From contig CAVOGR010000004.1 in the NCBI GenBank assembly GCA_963695555.1, positions 85,952 through 149,951 of the forward strand: a stretch of 64,000 nt of DNA, given 5' to 3'. A program made the translations under genes and the position numbers. The stretch comes from an uncultured Gemmatimonadales bacterium (GTDB taxonomy: Bacteria; Gemmatimonadota; Gemmatimonadetes; Gemmatimonadales; GWC2-71-9). Numbering within the stretch: the first letter of the stretch is position 1; each line of letters begins with the position of its first letter. The notes below the pieces were generated by a model. The model worked only from the letters and a program-made list of their open reading frames with translations, was not told the origin of the DNA and did not search any database. This document shows positions 53,998 to 64,000 of the stretch, piece by piece.

Positions 53998-55297
53998 GAC
54001 ACCGATCCCTGTGCGTGCGCCGGTCGAGCGGGCGGTTCTCGTCGCCGCCCCGCGCAAGGGCTCGCGAGACGCAACCCAGGTAGCCGAGCATTTGGACGAG
54101 CTTGCACGGCTGGTGGATACGGCTGGCGCCCACGTGGTGGCCCGGCTGACGCAGCACGTCGCGGCTCCCCAGCCCGCCACCCTGATCGGCGAAGGCAAAG
54201 TCCAGGAACTCGCATCCCTTGTTCGAACGAAGGATGCAACGCTGGCCATCTTCGACGAGGAGCTGACCCCGGTGCAAGGGGCAAATCTCGAGCAGGCACT
54301 CGGTGTCCGCGTCATGGACCGCGCGGAAGTCATTCTCGATATTTTCTCGACCCGCGCCCGCAGCCACGAGGCCAAACTCCAAGTCGAATTGGCCCAGCTC
54401 GAGTACCTGTTGCCCCGCCTCACCCGCATGTGGACCCACTTGTCCCGAATTCGAGGCGGCATTGGGTTGCGCGGACCTGGTGAAACCCAGCTCGAAACAG
54501 ACCGACGGATCATTCGGCGGAAGATCCGTTCCCTGAAGGCCAAGCTCCGCGATGTCGCTCACCATCGGGAGCGCTTGCGCGCCGGGCGTCGGCCGCTTCC
54601 GAGCGTTGCCTTGGTGGGGTACACCAATGCCGGGAAGTCCAGCTTGCTCAGGGCCCTCTCCGGCCAGCACGATATCGTGGTCGAGGACCGCCTCTTTGCG
54701 ACGCTCGATACGCTCACCCGTGAAATCGATTTGGGAGACGGCTACCGGGTCCGGCTGACTGACAGCGTGGGCTTCATCCGCAAGCTGCCGCACCACTTGG
54801 TGGCGAGCTTTCGTGCCACGCTCGAGGAAGCACGCAATGCCGATGTTCTCCTGCACGTGGTCGATGTCAGCCACCCGGATTGGGAGGAGCAGATGGATGT
54901 CGTCGAGCATGTCCTGGCGGACTTGGAGCTCCAGGACGTGCCGGTGATTCCGGTGTTCAACAAGGTTGATCGGTTGGACGGCAGCCAGGAGCAACTCACC
55001 CGGGTTCGGGCGTTGCATCCCGACGGTGTCCTGGCCACGGCCATGCGGACTGACGGCGTTCTCGAGGTGAAGGCGGCCCTCCGGCGCAGGGTTGAAGGCG
55101 AGCGCCAGACCGTCCGGGTTCGCGTGGGGGTTGCAAACGGCGCGGGGCTTGCGGCCGTCTACCGCCTTGGCGAGGTGGTGTCGCGGGTGCAGGCCAACGG
55201 CGGGTACGACCTCGTGGTCCGGGCCGACCGGAGCGACCTCGACCGATTGCGAGGCGAAGGAGTCGAGATAACGGACGGGAAGGAGCTGGATAAGTGA
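53978..55297 (+). CDS. hflX: GTPase HflX (start uncertain)
   Basis: ELARLVDTAG, RGPGETQLETDRR, GYTNAGKSS, LFATLD, DSVGFI, NKVD. Confidence 0.95.
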   Translation: MAGPPIKTPIPVRAPVERAVLVAAPRKGSRDATQVAEHLDELARLVDTAGAHVVARLTQHVAAPQPATLIGEGKVQELASLVRTKDATLAIFDEELTPVQGANLEQALGVRVMDRAEVILDIFSTRARSHEAKLQVELAQLEYLLPRLTRMWTHLSRIRGGIGLRGPGETQLETDRRIIRRKIRSLKAKLRDVAHHRERLRAGRRPLPSVALVGYTNAGKSSLLRALSGQHDIVVEDRLFATLDTLTREIDLGDGYRVRLTDSVGFIRKLPHHLVASFRATLEEARNADVLLHVVDVSHPDWEEQMDVVEHVLADLELQDVPVIPVFNKVDRLDGSQEQLTRVRALHPDGVLATAMRTDGVLEVKAALRRRVEGERQTVRVRVGVANGAGLAAVYRLGEVVSRVQANGGYDLVVRADRSDLDRLRGEGVEITDGKELDK

Positions 55298-55327
55298 GCC
55301 TGTGTCGCCCCGGATGAAAGGGTTTCG

Positions 55328-56464
55328 ATGAAAGCGATGGTCGTCGCCGGCGCGAGGCCCAATTTCATGAAGGTGGCGCCGATCCTCCGGGCACTCGACG
55401 GGGCGGGTGAAGAAGGCATCCTGGTCCATACCGGACAACACTACGACACCCAGATGTCCGATGCCTTCTTTCGCGACTTGGGCCTCCCCGAGCCGGCGTA
55501 TCACTTAGGCGTCGGCTCCGGCACTCACGCCCAGCAAACGGCTAGGGTCATGGAGGCCTTCGAGCCGATTCTCGTGGACATTCGTCCGGACTGGGTGGTG
55601 GTGGTTGGGGATGTGAACTCTACATTGGCGTGCGCCCTCGTCGCGGCAAAGCTGAAACCGGAGCTGGGCTCAGCTGTGGCTCACGTCGAAGCGGGCCTTC
55701 GCAGCGGCGACTGGCGCATGCCCGAAGAGATCAACCGCGTGCTCACCGATCGTGTCTCCGACCTCTTGCTGACCCCTTCGCGGGATGCACACCCGAATCT
55801 CCTCGCCGAGGGCATACCCGCGGACAGGATCGTGTTCGTCGGCAACGTCATGATCGACACGCTTCTAGCGCAATTGTCCATGGCACAACAGTTGGACATG
55901 CCGGGTCGTCTTGGCGTGCGACCGAGCGAGTTTGCGCTGGTTACGCTTCACCGGCCATCGAATGTGGATGATCCGGCAGCCCTGCGTGCCGTGCTCGAGG
56001 CGTTGGCCGAAATCGCGACGCAGATGCCGGTCGTGCTCCCGCTCCATCCTCGCACGCGGAAGAATGCTGATGCTTTCAGCATGGCAGACCTGCTTGCCCG
56101 CCTGCACGTGACCGAGCCGGTCGGGTACACCGAGATGCTGTCGTTGACCAGCAGCGCCGCGGTGGTGCTCACCGATTCCGGGGGATTGCAGGAGGAGACG
56201 ACGGTGCTCGGCGTTCCGTGTGTCACGCTCAGAGAACAGACCGAACGCCCGATCACCCTCAGCGAAGGGACCAACCGGATGGCTCCCTGGCCGCTGACGG
56301 CCAACGGAGTCCGGATGGCGTTTGACGAGGCCCTGTCGGATGGGCGGGTTGGCGTCGGCGAGCGGGTGCCGGAAGGGTGGGATGGGCGGGCTGCCGAGCG
56401 GGTGGTCTTGGCGCTTCGGGAGCGGTCAGGGTTCAAATCTCTGCAGCCGGGCGGGAGCGCCTAA
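55328..56464 (+). CDS. wecB: UDP-N-acetylglucosamine 2-epimerase (non-hydrolysing)
   Basis: GARPNFMK, HTGQHYD, HVEAGLRS, PEEINR, TDSGGLQEE, TERP. Confidence 0.94.
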   Translation: MKAMVVAGARPNFMKVAPILRALDGAGEEGILVHTGQHYDTQMSDAFFRDLGLPEPAYHLGVGSGTHAQQTARVMEAFEPILVDIRPDWVVVVGDVNSTLACALVAAKLKPELGSAVAHVEAGLRSGDWRMPEEINRVLTDRVSDLLLTPSRDAHPNLLAEGIPADRIVFVGNVMIDTLLAQLSMAQQLDMPGRLGVRPSEFALVTLHRPSNVDDPAALRAVLEALAEIATQMPVVLPLHPRTRKNADAFSMADLLARLHVTEPVGYTEMLSLTSSAAVVLTDSGGLQEETTVLGVPCVTLREQTERPITLSEGTNRMAPWPLTANGVRMAFDEALSDGRVGVGERVPEGWDGRAAERVVLALRERSGFKSLQPGGSA

Positions 56465-56725
56465 ATCATGATATGACAAAAACTTATAGCATATTGCGAG
56501 CTTTGGTGCCCGGGGAGTGTGGCTCGGTTTCTGCACCTGTGTGCTCGACTGCATGGCGGAATCTCGCCTGCCGGGGGGGCAACCGGCGGTCCGGGGTCCC
56601 GGTCGGATCCCGATAAGTCCTAGCGGTGATTTGGTTTACAATTTGCGCCGGTTCGGCTAGTTTCCGCTGTTAGTCCGCTCACGTAACGGCCGCATGTTAT
56701 TGCACAACTCCAATTAGGTACGCGC

Positions 56726-58264
56726 GTGTCAGGTTATCCAGCCGTTACTTCTCCTGACCTGATAGACTCGGCCGCCCGAGCATCGGAGGCGGCGCCCCCT
56801 CTAGCCACGCACGAAAAGTCGAAGCCGGCCTTGTTCCCCAGGGCCCCCGCCGTGTTTCGCCGTCATGTCGTTCGTGACGTCGTCCGAATCTCGGTGCTCG
56901 CGACCGGCGACCTCATCGTGCTGGTCCTGCTGTTGATTGCCCTCCGAGTGCTACAGGACCCGGGGCTCGTAGGAGCCGGCATCGCGGGTCTCATGACCCG
57001 ACTCATACCGCTCGGCGCGCTTCCGGTGGCCCAGGTTCTCCCAGCGGTGATCCTGGGATTGACCGTGCTCGGCAACTTCGGCGCGAACGATCGCCGTCGT
57101 GATGGCGGCCGTTTGGTCGCCGGGGTCTCACTCGGGTTGCTGCTGCCGTTCTGGGCCTACGTCTGGAGCAACTTCGCGCCTTTTGTGATCCCCGGGTATT
57201 TCGTGCTGGCGGGAGTCGCCGGTACCGCGCTGATTCTCGAGCGCCAGCTGATCGATCGCTTGGTCCGTGCGGTGCGTCCGGTGAGTCCGGTTGCCGCCCA
57301 TGCGCTCTTGGTTGGCGGGCCGGAAGACTGTGCGCGGGCCCGAAAGCACCCGGCGCTGGCCGATACGCGTGAGTACGCGATCGTTGGCACTCTCGATCCT
57401 GCGTCGCTGTCGAAGGCGGGTGGTGTCCGGCAAGTGGCCCGGCTGGCGCAGACCATCGACCGTCATCAGGTGGACACGTTATTCCTGACCGGACCGCTTG
57501 ACGACGATTTGTTCGCGATGGTGCTCGAGGCAGCCAATATAGGCGGATTTGAAGTCTTTGCTCTGGCGCGGTCCTACGGCGTGGGCCAGGTCGAGCCGCG
57601 GGTCGCCTGGCGGCGCGGTGCCCCGCTCATCTCATTGACGCGGCCGGGCCTTCGGGGCCAGCAGCTCGTTCTCAAGCGGACCCTCGATCTCGTGCTGGGT
57701 GCCCTCGGCCTCCTGGTTTGCCTTCCAGGGATGATCGTGATTGCGTTGGCCATTCGGATGACTTCGCCTGGCCCCGTCCTGTTTCGCCAGACGCGGGTAG
57801 GCCGGGCGGGGCGGCAGTTCACGATCACCAAGTTCCGAAGCATGGTCGTCGACGCGGAGGAGCAGAAGGACACCTTGGCGGACCAAAGCCTCTACCAAAG
57901 CGGGCACCTGTTCAAGTTGAAGGACGATCCGCGGGTCACCCGGGTCGGGGCCTTCCTCCGGCAAACGAGCCTCGACGAGTTGCCGCAGCTCTGGAACGTG
58001 GTCAAAGGCGAGATGTCGCTCGTCGGGCCTCGCCCGCCACTGCCGAGCGAAGTTGCGTTGTACGAGGAGCACCATTATCGCCGGTTCGACATGAAGCCCG
58101 GCATCACCGGCCCCTGGCAGGTCAACGGCCGGAACGCCGTGAGTGATTTTGAGGAAGTTATCCGATTGGAAGCGTGCTACATCCGCGACTGGTCGATCTG
58201 GACGGACCTTGGCATCCTGCTCCGCACCGTTCCCGCGGTGCTGACGATGCGGGGGGCTCACTAA
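56726..58264 (+). CDS. Priming polyprenyl-phosphate glycosylphosphotransferase (WcaJ/CpsE-like)
   Basis: N-terminal TMs; [45 protein letters not shown]. Confidence 0.93.
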   Translation: MSGYPAVTSPDLIDSAARASEAAPPLATHEKSKPALFPRAPAVFRRHVVRDVVRISVLATGDLIVLVLLLIALRVLQDPGLVGAGIAGLMTRLIPLGALPVAQVLPAVILGLTVLGNFGANDRRRDGGRLVAGVSLGLLLPFWAYVWSNFAPFVIPGYFVLAGVAGTALILERQLIDRLVRAVRPVSPVAAHALLVGGPEDCARARKHPALADTREYAIVGTLDPASLSKAGGVRQVARLAQTIDRHQVDTLFLTGPLDDDLFAMVLEAANIGGFEVFALARSYGVGQVEPRVAWRRGAPLISLTRPGLRGQQLVLKRTLDLVLGALGLLVCLPGMIVIALAIRMTSPGPVLFRQTRVGRAGRQFTITKFRSMVVDAEEQKDTLADQSLYQSGHLFKLKDDPRVTRVGAFLRQTSLDELPQLWNVVKGEMSLVGPRPPLPSEVALYEEHHYRRFDMKPGITGPWQVNGRNAVSDFEEVIRLEACYIRDWSIWTDLGILLRTVPAVLTMRGAH

Positions 58265-58281
58265 CCTCGACGCACGACTCT

Positions 58282-59550
58282 GTGCCCCTCTCCTCGACCG
58301 CGGCCGCGGGCGCCCTGCCCGGGGTTGCCATCATCAGCTCGAATTTCTGGCCGGAGCCCACCGGCATCAGTCAAACGACTGGCGAGTTTGCCAGCTTCCT
58401 GGCAGCCCGTGGCTATCGAGTAGCTGTGGCCACGGCGATGCCGTACTATCCCGAATGGCAAATACGCCAGGGCTACCGGCGGCAGCTGTGGATGCGCGAG
58501 GACATCGACGGCGTTCAGGTGTACCGCGCGTGGCATCTGGTTTCGCCACGCCCGTCTACCTTGACCCGCCTATTGCATGAAGTGACCTTGTGCGTGTTCC
58601 TGGTGCCCCAAATGGTGCGGGCCATCAAGCGCGCGACCGTCGTGTATGTGGTCAGTCCCGATCTCAGCGTTGCGGTGCTCGGGCTTTGGGTTGCCCGGGT
58701 GCTGGGCCGCCCACGGGTGCTCGTCGTGAAGGATGTGATGCCCGATGCCGCGGTGGACCTCGGCATGATGCGGAACCCGGCGCTGATCGGCGTATCGCGC
58801 TGGCTGGCACGGCGGGCCTACGCCTCGGCGAGCGTGATCCACACGTTGGGAGACGGCATGCGACGGCGCATCGCGGCACTGAACCCCGCCCGCCCGATCG
58901 AGATCGTACCGGACACGATCGATGCCGACGAGTTGGCACCGCCAGCCCCAGCCGGTAATCTGTTTCGAGCCCGGTTCGTGCCGCCCGGTACCTTCGCCGT
59001 TGTCCACAGCGGAAACATGGGCAAGAAGCAGGATCTCGACCTGCTCCTCCGTGCCGCCGACCTGGTGCGAGATGACTCCGCCATTCACTTCTATGTCTTC
59101 GGCGACGGCGCGGTCCGCGAGCGCTTCCTTCGGCGTCGGGACGAACTCCGGTTGGCCAACGTGTCCCATCATCCGTTACAGGAACGCTCGCTCTTGCCGC
59201 ACATGCTGGCCGGTGCGGACGTCCTGCTGGTGAGCCAGCTCGCGGAGGTGGGCGATCTGGTCGTACCCTCGAAGCTCATCACGGCCATGGCCGCCGGCGC
59301 CATGGTCGTGGCCGCGTGCTCGGCCGATAGCGAAACGGCGCGGCTCGTGACCGAGAGCGGTGGCGGGATCCGAATCGAGTCGGGGGATGCCCCAGCGTTG
59401 GTGGAGACAATCGGACGACTCCGGCACGAGGAAGTCGATGCGGAGCCATTCCGGATCAAAGCCCGCGCCTACGCCACTGAGCGCTTCGATCGGAACGTGG
59501 TCTACGGACGCGTCGCGGAGGAACTCAACGCGTTGGCTACCCGCAGATGA
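58282..59550 (+). CDS. GT4 glycosyltransferase (WcaI-like)
   Basis: NFWPEPTG, MPYYPEW, HSGNMGKKQ, VPSKL. Confidence 0.85.
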   Translation: MPLSSTAAAGALPGVAIISSNFWPEPTGISQTTGEFASFLAARGYRVAVATAMPYYPEWQIRQGYRRQLWMREDIDGVQVYRAWHLVSPRPSTLTRLLHEVTLCVFLVPQMVRAIKRATVVYVVSPDLSVAVLGLWVARVLGRPRVLVVKDVMPDAAVDLGMMRNPALIGVSRWLARRAYASASVIHTLGDGMRRRIAALNPARPIEIVPDTIDADELAPPAPAGNLFRARFVPPGTFAVVHSGNMGKKQDLDLLLRAADLVRDDSAIHFYVFGDGAVRERFLRRRDELRLANVSHHPLQERSLLPHMLAGADVLLVSQLAEVGDLVVPSKLITAMAAGAMVVAACSADSETARLVTESGGGIRIESGDAPALVETIGRLRHEEVDAEPFRIKARAYATERFDRNVVYGRVAEELNALATRR

Positions 59551-60338
59551 CCATCGCAAACAGCCACGATCGCGCGCGGAGCCGGCGGCATTCCCTCAAG
59601 GCCGCCGTGCGACGAGTACTTCAGGTTGCGGACATCCTGGTCAGCGGCGACGCCTCCATCGCGGATGTGCTCAGGCCCGGGTTTTCGCTGACGTCCGCGC
59701 GAATGATTGCGCGCATTCGGGCACACGTGCCCGCGCTCCAGACTATCCTCGACGCTGGAGCCAATGTGGGTCAGTTCACCCTCGCAGCCGCGCGAGCATA
59801 TCCGGATGCGCGCGTGCTCGCCTTCGAGCCGGTGCCGAATGCGGCGGCGATCCTCCGCCGAAGAAGCAGTGGGAATCCTCATGTCGAAGTACACGAGTGC
59901 GCGCTCGGTCGGGAAACCGGGGAACTCACTTTGTTTCAGAACGAATATTCCCACGTGAGCTCCGCCCTCCCAATCCACCCGAAGAATCCGCACCCCAATT
60001 ACGACCCGACCAAGGTCCAGGCGGTGCAGGTCAAGGTAGCCCGACTCGACGACTGTGTACTTGCGAACGATCTCGCCGCGCCGGCCCTGTTGAAACTCGA
60101 CGTGCAAGGTTATGAGCGCGAGGTGTTGGCCGGAGCGCACGGCATCCTGTCCGGGATTGAGTACCTGGTCGTCGAGGCCGCCTTCGTGGAGCTGTACCAG
60201 GACCAGCCGATGTTCGAGGATCTCCATGGGCTGCTCCGCGAGAGTGGATATGAGCTCGTGGCCCCCGTTGGGGTCCAAGAGGGTTCGGCGGGCGTCGTCA
60301 TCGAGATGGATGGCCTTTACCGGCGCCGTCCGACATGA
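59547..60338 (+). CDS. FkbM-family methyltransferase
   Basis: LDAGANVGQ, AFEP, LKLDVQGYE. Confidence 0.9.
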   Translation: MTIANSHDRARSRRHSLKAAVRRVLQVADILVSGDASIADVLRPGFSLTSARMIARIRAHVPALQTILDAGANVGQFTLAAARAYPDARVLAFEPVPNAAAILRRRSSGNPHVEVHECALGRETGELTLFQNEYSHVSSALPIHPKNPHPNYDPTKVQAVQVKVARLDDCVLANDLAAPALLKLDVQGYEREVLAGAHGILSGIEYLVVEAAFVELYQDQPMFEDLHGLLRESGYELVAPVGVQEGSAGVVIEMDGLYRRRPT

Positions 60339-61335
60339 CCGAGTCGGGAGGCGGAGGGTTTCGCTGGACAGGACGCCGAATCCTAATCACCGGAGGGTCG
60401 GGATTCATCGGCACCAATGCAGTGCGCCATTTCGCTGCAGCGGGCGCGGATGTGTGTAATCTCGACCTCGTGCCCCCTCGAGATGCGAGCCAGCGGGAGC
60501 AGTGGGTAGGATGTGACATACGCAATGAGCGGGATGTCATGGACGCGGTCACCGGTTGTGGTCCAGACACCGTCTTTCACCTGGCCGCGCGCACCGATCT
60601 GCTCGAGCGCCGGGATCCCGGTGGCTATGCGGCCAACACGCGTGGAGTCCACAACCTGCTCGCGGCACTTCGGGCGGCTGGGACCGTACGTCGGTTGATC
60701 GTGGCGTCGAGCAGAATGGTGTGCACAGATCGGCTATGTTCCCCGGGCCGAAAACGACTACTGTCCACCGAATCTGTATGGGGAAAGCAAGGTTGAAACC
60801 GAGCGCATCGTCCGTGAAGACAACCCACCGTTCGAGTGGATCATCGTACGCCCGACATCGATATGGGGACCCTGGTTTGGCGTACCGTACCGGAATTTCT
60901 TCGATGCGATTGCCCGCGGGGTGTATCGCCATCCCGGCTCCGCCGACCCCGAAAAGTCGTTTGGCTTCGTCGGCAACTTCGTCTACCAGCTGGAGTGTCT
61001 CGGAGCCAACCCGTGTGACGAGCTCATGGGTCGGACCATCTACCAGTGCGACTACCCGCCGTTGCGCCTTCGCCCATGGGCCGACTTGATCCGCCAGGAG
61101 CTGGCGCAACCGCCAATCAAGTCGGCGCCCCAGGGCCTCCTGCGCTTGGCCGCGATGGTCGGCGATGCTGTCGAGCTGGTGGCGCCGGGCCGTGCACCAC
61201 TCACGACGTTTCGGCTGAACAACTTGCTCACCAACATGGTGTATCCAACCGAGCCTCTCGAGCGCACCTGCGGTAGCGCTCCCACACAGTTTGCCCGAGG
61301 GCGTCCAACTCACCGTCGCGTGGATGCGTCAATGA
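60335..61335 (+). CDS. NAD-dependent epimerase/dehydratase (frameshifted)
   Basis: TGGSGFIG, HLAARTD; after a shift near 60725, YGESK and RPTSIWGP; second shift near 61275; TGA at 61333. Confidence 0.78.
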
Positions 61336-61392
61336 TGAGGCGGGGGTATCCCCAGCCTCGCTCACAGGCTCGCGCCCCAACCAGATGAGTGC

Positions 61393-62451
61393 ATGAAGAT
61401 CCTTGTCACGGGCTCGTCAGGCTTGATCGGCTCAGAAGTCGTCGACCTACTTCGACCGACTCGGCTGGGAGGTGCACGGCGTCGACAACAACCAGCGCGC
61501 CGATTTCTTCGGGCCGCAGGGCGACACGCGCTGGAACCAGGAACGGCTGCGGCAGGACTTGCCGGCGCTTCGTCCATCACGAGCTGGACATCCGGGACCC
61601 CGGGCCGCTCGACCAATGCTTCGAGCGCCTCAACCCGGACGCCATCATCCACACCGCCGCCCAGCCTCGCATGACCTGGCCGCGACCCGCCGTTCGACGA
61701 CTTCGACGTGAATGCCGTGGGCACGCTGAACCTGCTGGAGGCGGCCCAGCGGGTCCATGCCCGGAGGCCTCTTCGTCCACATGTCGACCAACAAGGTCTA
61801 TGGCGACCGGCCGAACGACCTCCCGCTGAGGGAGCTGGAGCGGCGCTGGGACTACCAGCGGGATGAGGATGCGGCGGCATTCGCGAGGACCTTCCGATCG
61901 ACCAATCGAAGCACTCGCTGTTTGGCGCCTCGAAAGTCGCGGCCGATGTGATGGTGCAGGAGTATGGCCGTTATTTCGGATTGCCCACCTGTTGCCTGCG
62001 CGGCGGGTGTCTGACCGGGCCCAATCATTCCGGGGTAGAATTACACGGCTTCCTGAGCTACCTGGTCAAGTCCAACGTCGAAGGCCGCGGTACCGCATTT
62101 ATGGTTACAAGGGCAAACAGGTTCGTGACAACATCCATGCCTATGATGTCGCGCGGTTCATCGAGCTGTTCATCCGGAGTCCCAGGATGGGCGGGTGTAT
62201 ACGACCTGGGTGGGGGTCGGGAGAATTCCTGTTCGATTCTCGAGGCGTTCAAGCAAGTGGAGGCCATGACGGGCACGCCCATGCAGTATGACTACCTCGA
62301 GCAGAACCGGGAAGGGGACCATATCTGCTATGTGTCCGATCTCACCAAGATGAAATCGCACTACCCCGAGTGGGGCATCACCAAGTCACTCACCGATATT
62401 CTCCACGAGACGATTGTCGCGTGGAACACCCGGCTGGGCCCAGGGCGATGA
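61393..62451 (+). CDS. NAD-dependent sugar epimerase (CDP-paratose/tyvelose 2-epimerase-like; multiple frameshifts)
   Basis: [61 protein letters not shown] across frames. Confidence 0.78.
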
Positions 62452-62526
62452 GGCCGCCGCCGCGGACCGCGATCCTTTGGCCCGAGGTCCGGGGACGATA
62501 CGAACCATCGCTGCGGTCCAACTGAC

Positions 62527-63697
62527 GTGCGCGTTCTGCTGGTAACTGAAGAACACGAAGCCCGCGGCGGCTCCGGCCTCACGACGGCGGTCCAGGAACT
62601 CGCCCGTCACCTCGCGCTGGCCGGGTACGAGGTGTCGATCCTCTGCACGGGCCGAGATCCTCTGGCACCGCCGGAAGGCGCCTCGATCATCCGACATACT
62701 CCGAGCCGGGCCGGGCGACGGTGGGGTTGGAATCCAAGGCTCTTCCCAGCCATCGATGCGATCGTGCGAGCCGGCGCGCTCGATCGGGTCCATCTCCACG
62801 GCGTGTGGCAAGCGGCGCACTGGTATGCCGCGCGGCGAGCCACATCCCAGGGGATACCGGTCATCCTCAGCAGTCACGGCATGCTCGAGCCCTATCACTG
62901 GAATGACCGCGGCCGGCGGGAAGTATCTCATGAAACGGGCATACTGGACGACCATGGCGTATCCCGCGTTCGAGACGCGCGAGCCTGATTCATGCGATTA
63001 CCCCGACCGAGGCACACAACCTCCAGGCGCTTTTCCCCGGCAGAGAGATTCACATCATTCCCAATGCGGTGGACCTCGATGAAATTGATCGACGAATTGA
63101 ACAGCTCGCCCTTGCCGGGCCATTCGCACGGGAACCGTGGTTGGCTTCATCGGACGGTTTCATCCGAAGAAGGGATTGGACGCGTTCATCGATGCGTTCT
63201 CGAGTGCCCGATTGCCGGCATCCTGGCGGCTGCGCATCGCTGGGCCACCAGGGACTCCGGAATACATGGCTCGGCTCGATCTGGCCATGGCGAAGAGCGG
63301 CAGGCGGGATCGGATCGAGGTTGTAGGCCCGTTGTTCGGGAGTGACAAGTGGCGCTTCCTCCGAACAGTCAGCGTCCTCGCCGCACCCTCGCTATCCGAG
63401 GCCATTGGCTTGGTCAATCTCGAGGCTGCGGCTTGTGGCACACCAACCATTACGACGCATGCGACGGGTCTCGAGGACTGGGAGCATGGAGGCGGGTTCC
63501 TGGTTGCTCCGGATACGGAACAGCTCCGCACTGCGCTGGAACGGGTGAGCCGGGCTTCGACCGAAGAGTATGACGCGAGGTCGCGTGGTAGCCGTGACCT
63601 GGTGGAGCGCCGCTATTCATGGGCGGTGGTCTCGACCCAATGGCGGAATGCATACCTCCGACTCGGCGCCCCGCAGCCGGCGCCGACCCTCGCATGA
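62527..63697 (+). CDS. GT4 glycosyltransferase (frameshifted)
   Basis: VHLHGVW, SSHGMLEP, IIPNAVD, FIGRFHPKKG, SEAIGLVNLEAAACGTP. Confidence 0.8.
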
Positions 63698-64000
63698 CGA
63701 CCCCACCAGGGCAACGAGAGGTCGTCGTTGTCACGACAGGCCGAATGCCAGGTCCTCCACTCGATCGAGCCGTCGCCTTCGCCCGTCGATTTGCCGGCGC
63801 GGTCCCAACGGTGGCCTTGCTCGTGCCGTCGTACACCGCCAATCACCTGCTGCGCGCTGCCGTCGCGCCTGCCGCGCTCGAGTTCGTCGCGCCGGGACGG
63901 CTGGAAGGGGTGAGGAAGTGGAATCGGCTGCGCAAGCGCCGCCCTGCAATGATCTATTGCGTGGGCGGCTGCGTACCGGAATGTCGTGCCTGCGGTACTG
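63694..64000 (+). CDS. 5' part of the next cluster gene, truncated by window end; product not determined
   Basis: ATGA overlap at 63694; frame open to the window end (MTTPPGQREVVVV...). Confidence 0.5.
   Translation, partial: MTTPPGQREVVVVTTGRMPGPPLDRAVAFARRFAGAVPTVALLVPSYTANHLLRAAVAPAALEFVAPGRLEGVRKWNRLRKRRPAMIYCVGGCVPECRACGT

Overview
High-GC bacterial core-chromosome segment. Gene content and order suggest Gemmatimonadota; this is an inference, not a database result. All genes but one are on the + strand, mostly in tightly coupled runs. In order: TPR-TPR-bamD-nadD-secA; radC-rel-EVE-uvrB-tsaE-tsaB-rimI; ssb; a LysM/TsaP-like gene; epimerase-tolQ-tolR-tolA/tonB-tolB-pal-cpoB; one 1168-aa ORF fusing TatC to an LptD-like outer-membrane protein through an internal signal-peptide-like segment; an FN3 lipoprotein; hutH; a large acidic TPR protein-polyprenyl synthase-small membrane protein-tatA; ppiD-like (the only minus-strand gene); a second acidic TPR protein-aroQ-M24 peptidase-efp-accB-pilT-accC-comB-ftsK; yraN; recA-recX; alaS-hypothetical-PHP phosphatase-gmhA-SDR-cca-rarA; LEA2-hflX-wecB; and the start of a surface-polysaccharide cluster. 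efp, recA, alaS and three genes after 60.3 kb carry multiple indels, best read as sequencing or assembly errors. I found no tRNA, rRNA, CRISPR array, integrase or transposase. Best candidates for new biology: (1) the TatC-LptD putative cleavable polyprotein; (2) a PilT-family ATPase coupled between accB and accC, with other dispersed type IV pilus/polarity-like genes; (3) a recurrent 25-bp palindromic intergenic motif; (4) a long G-U-containing hairpin before hutH.
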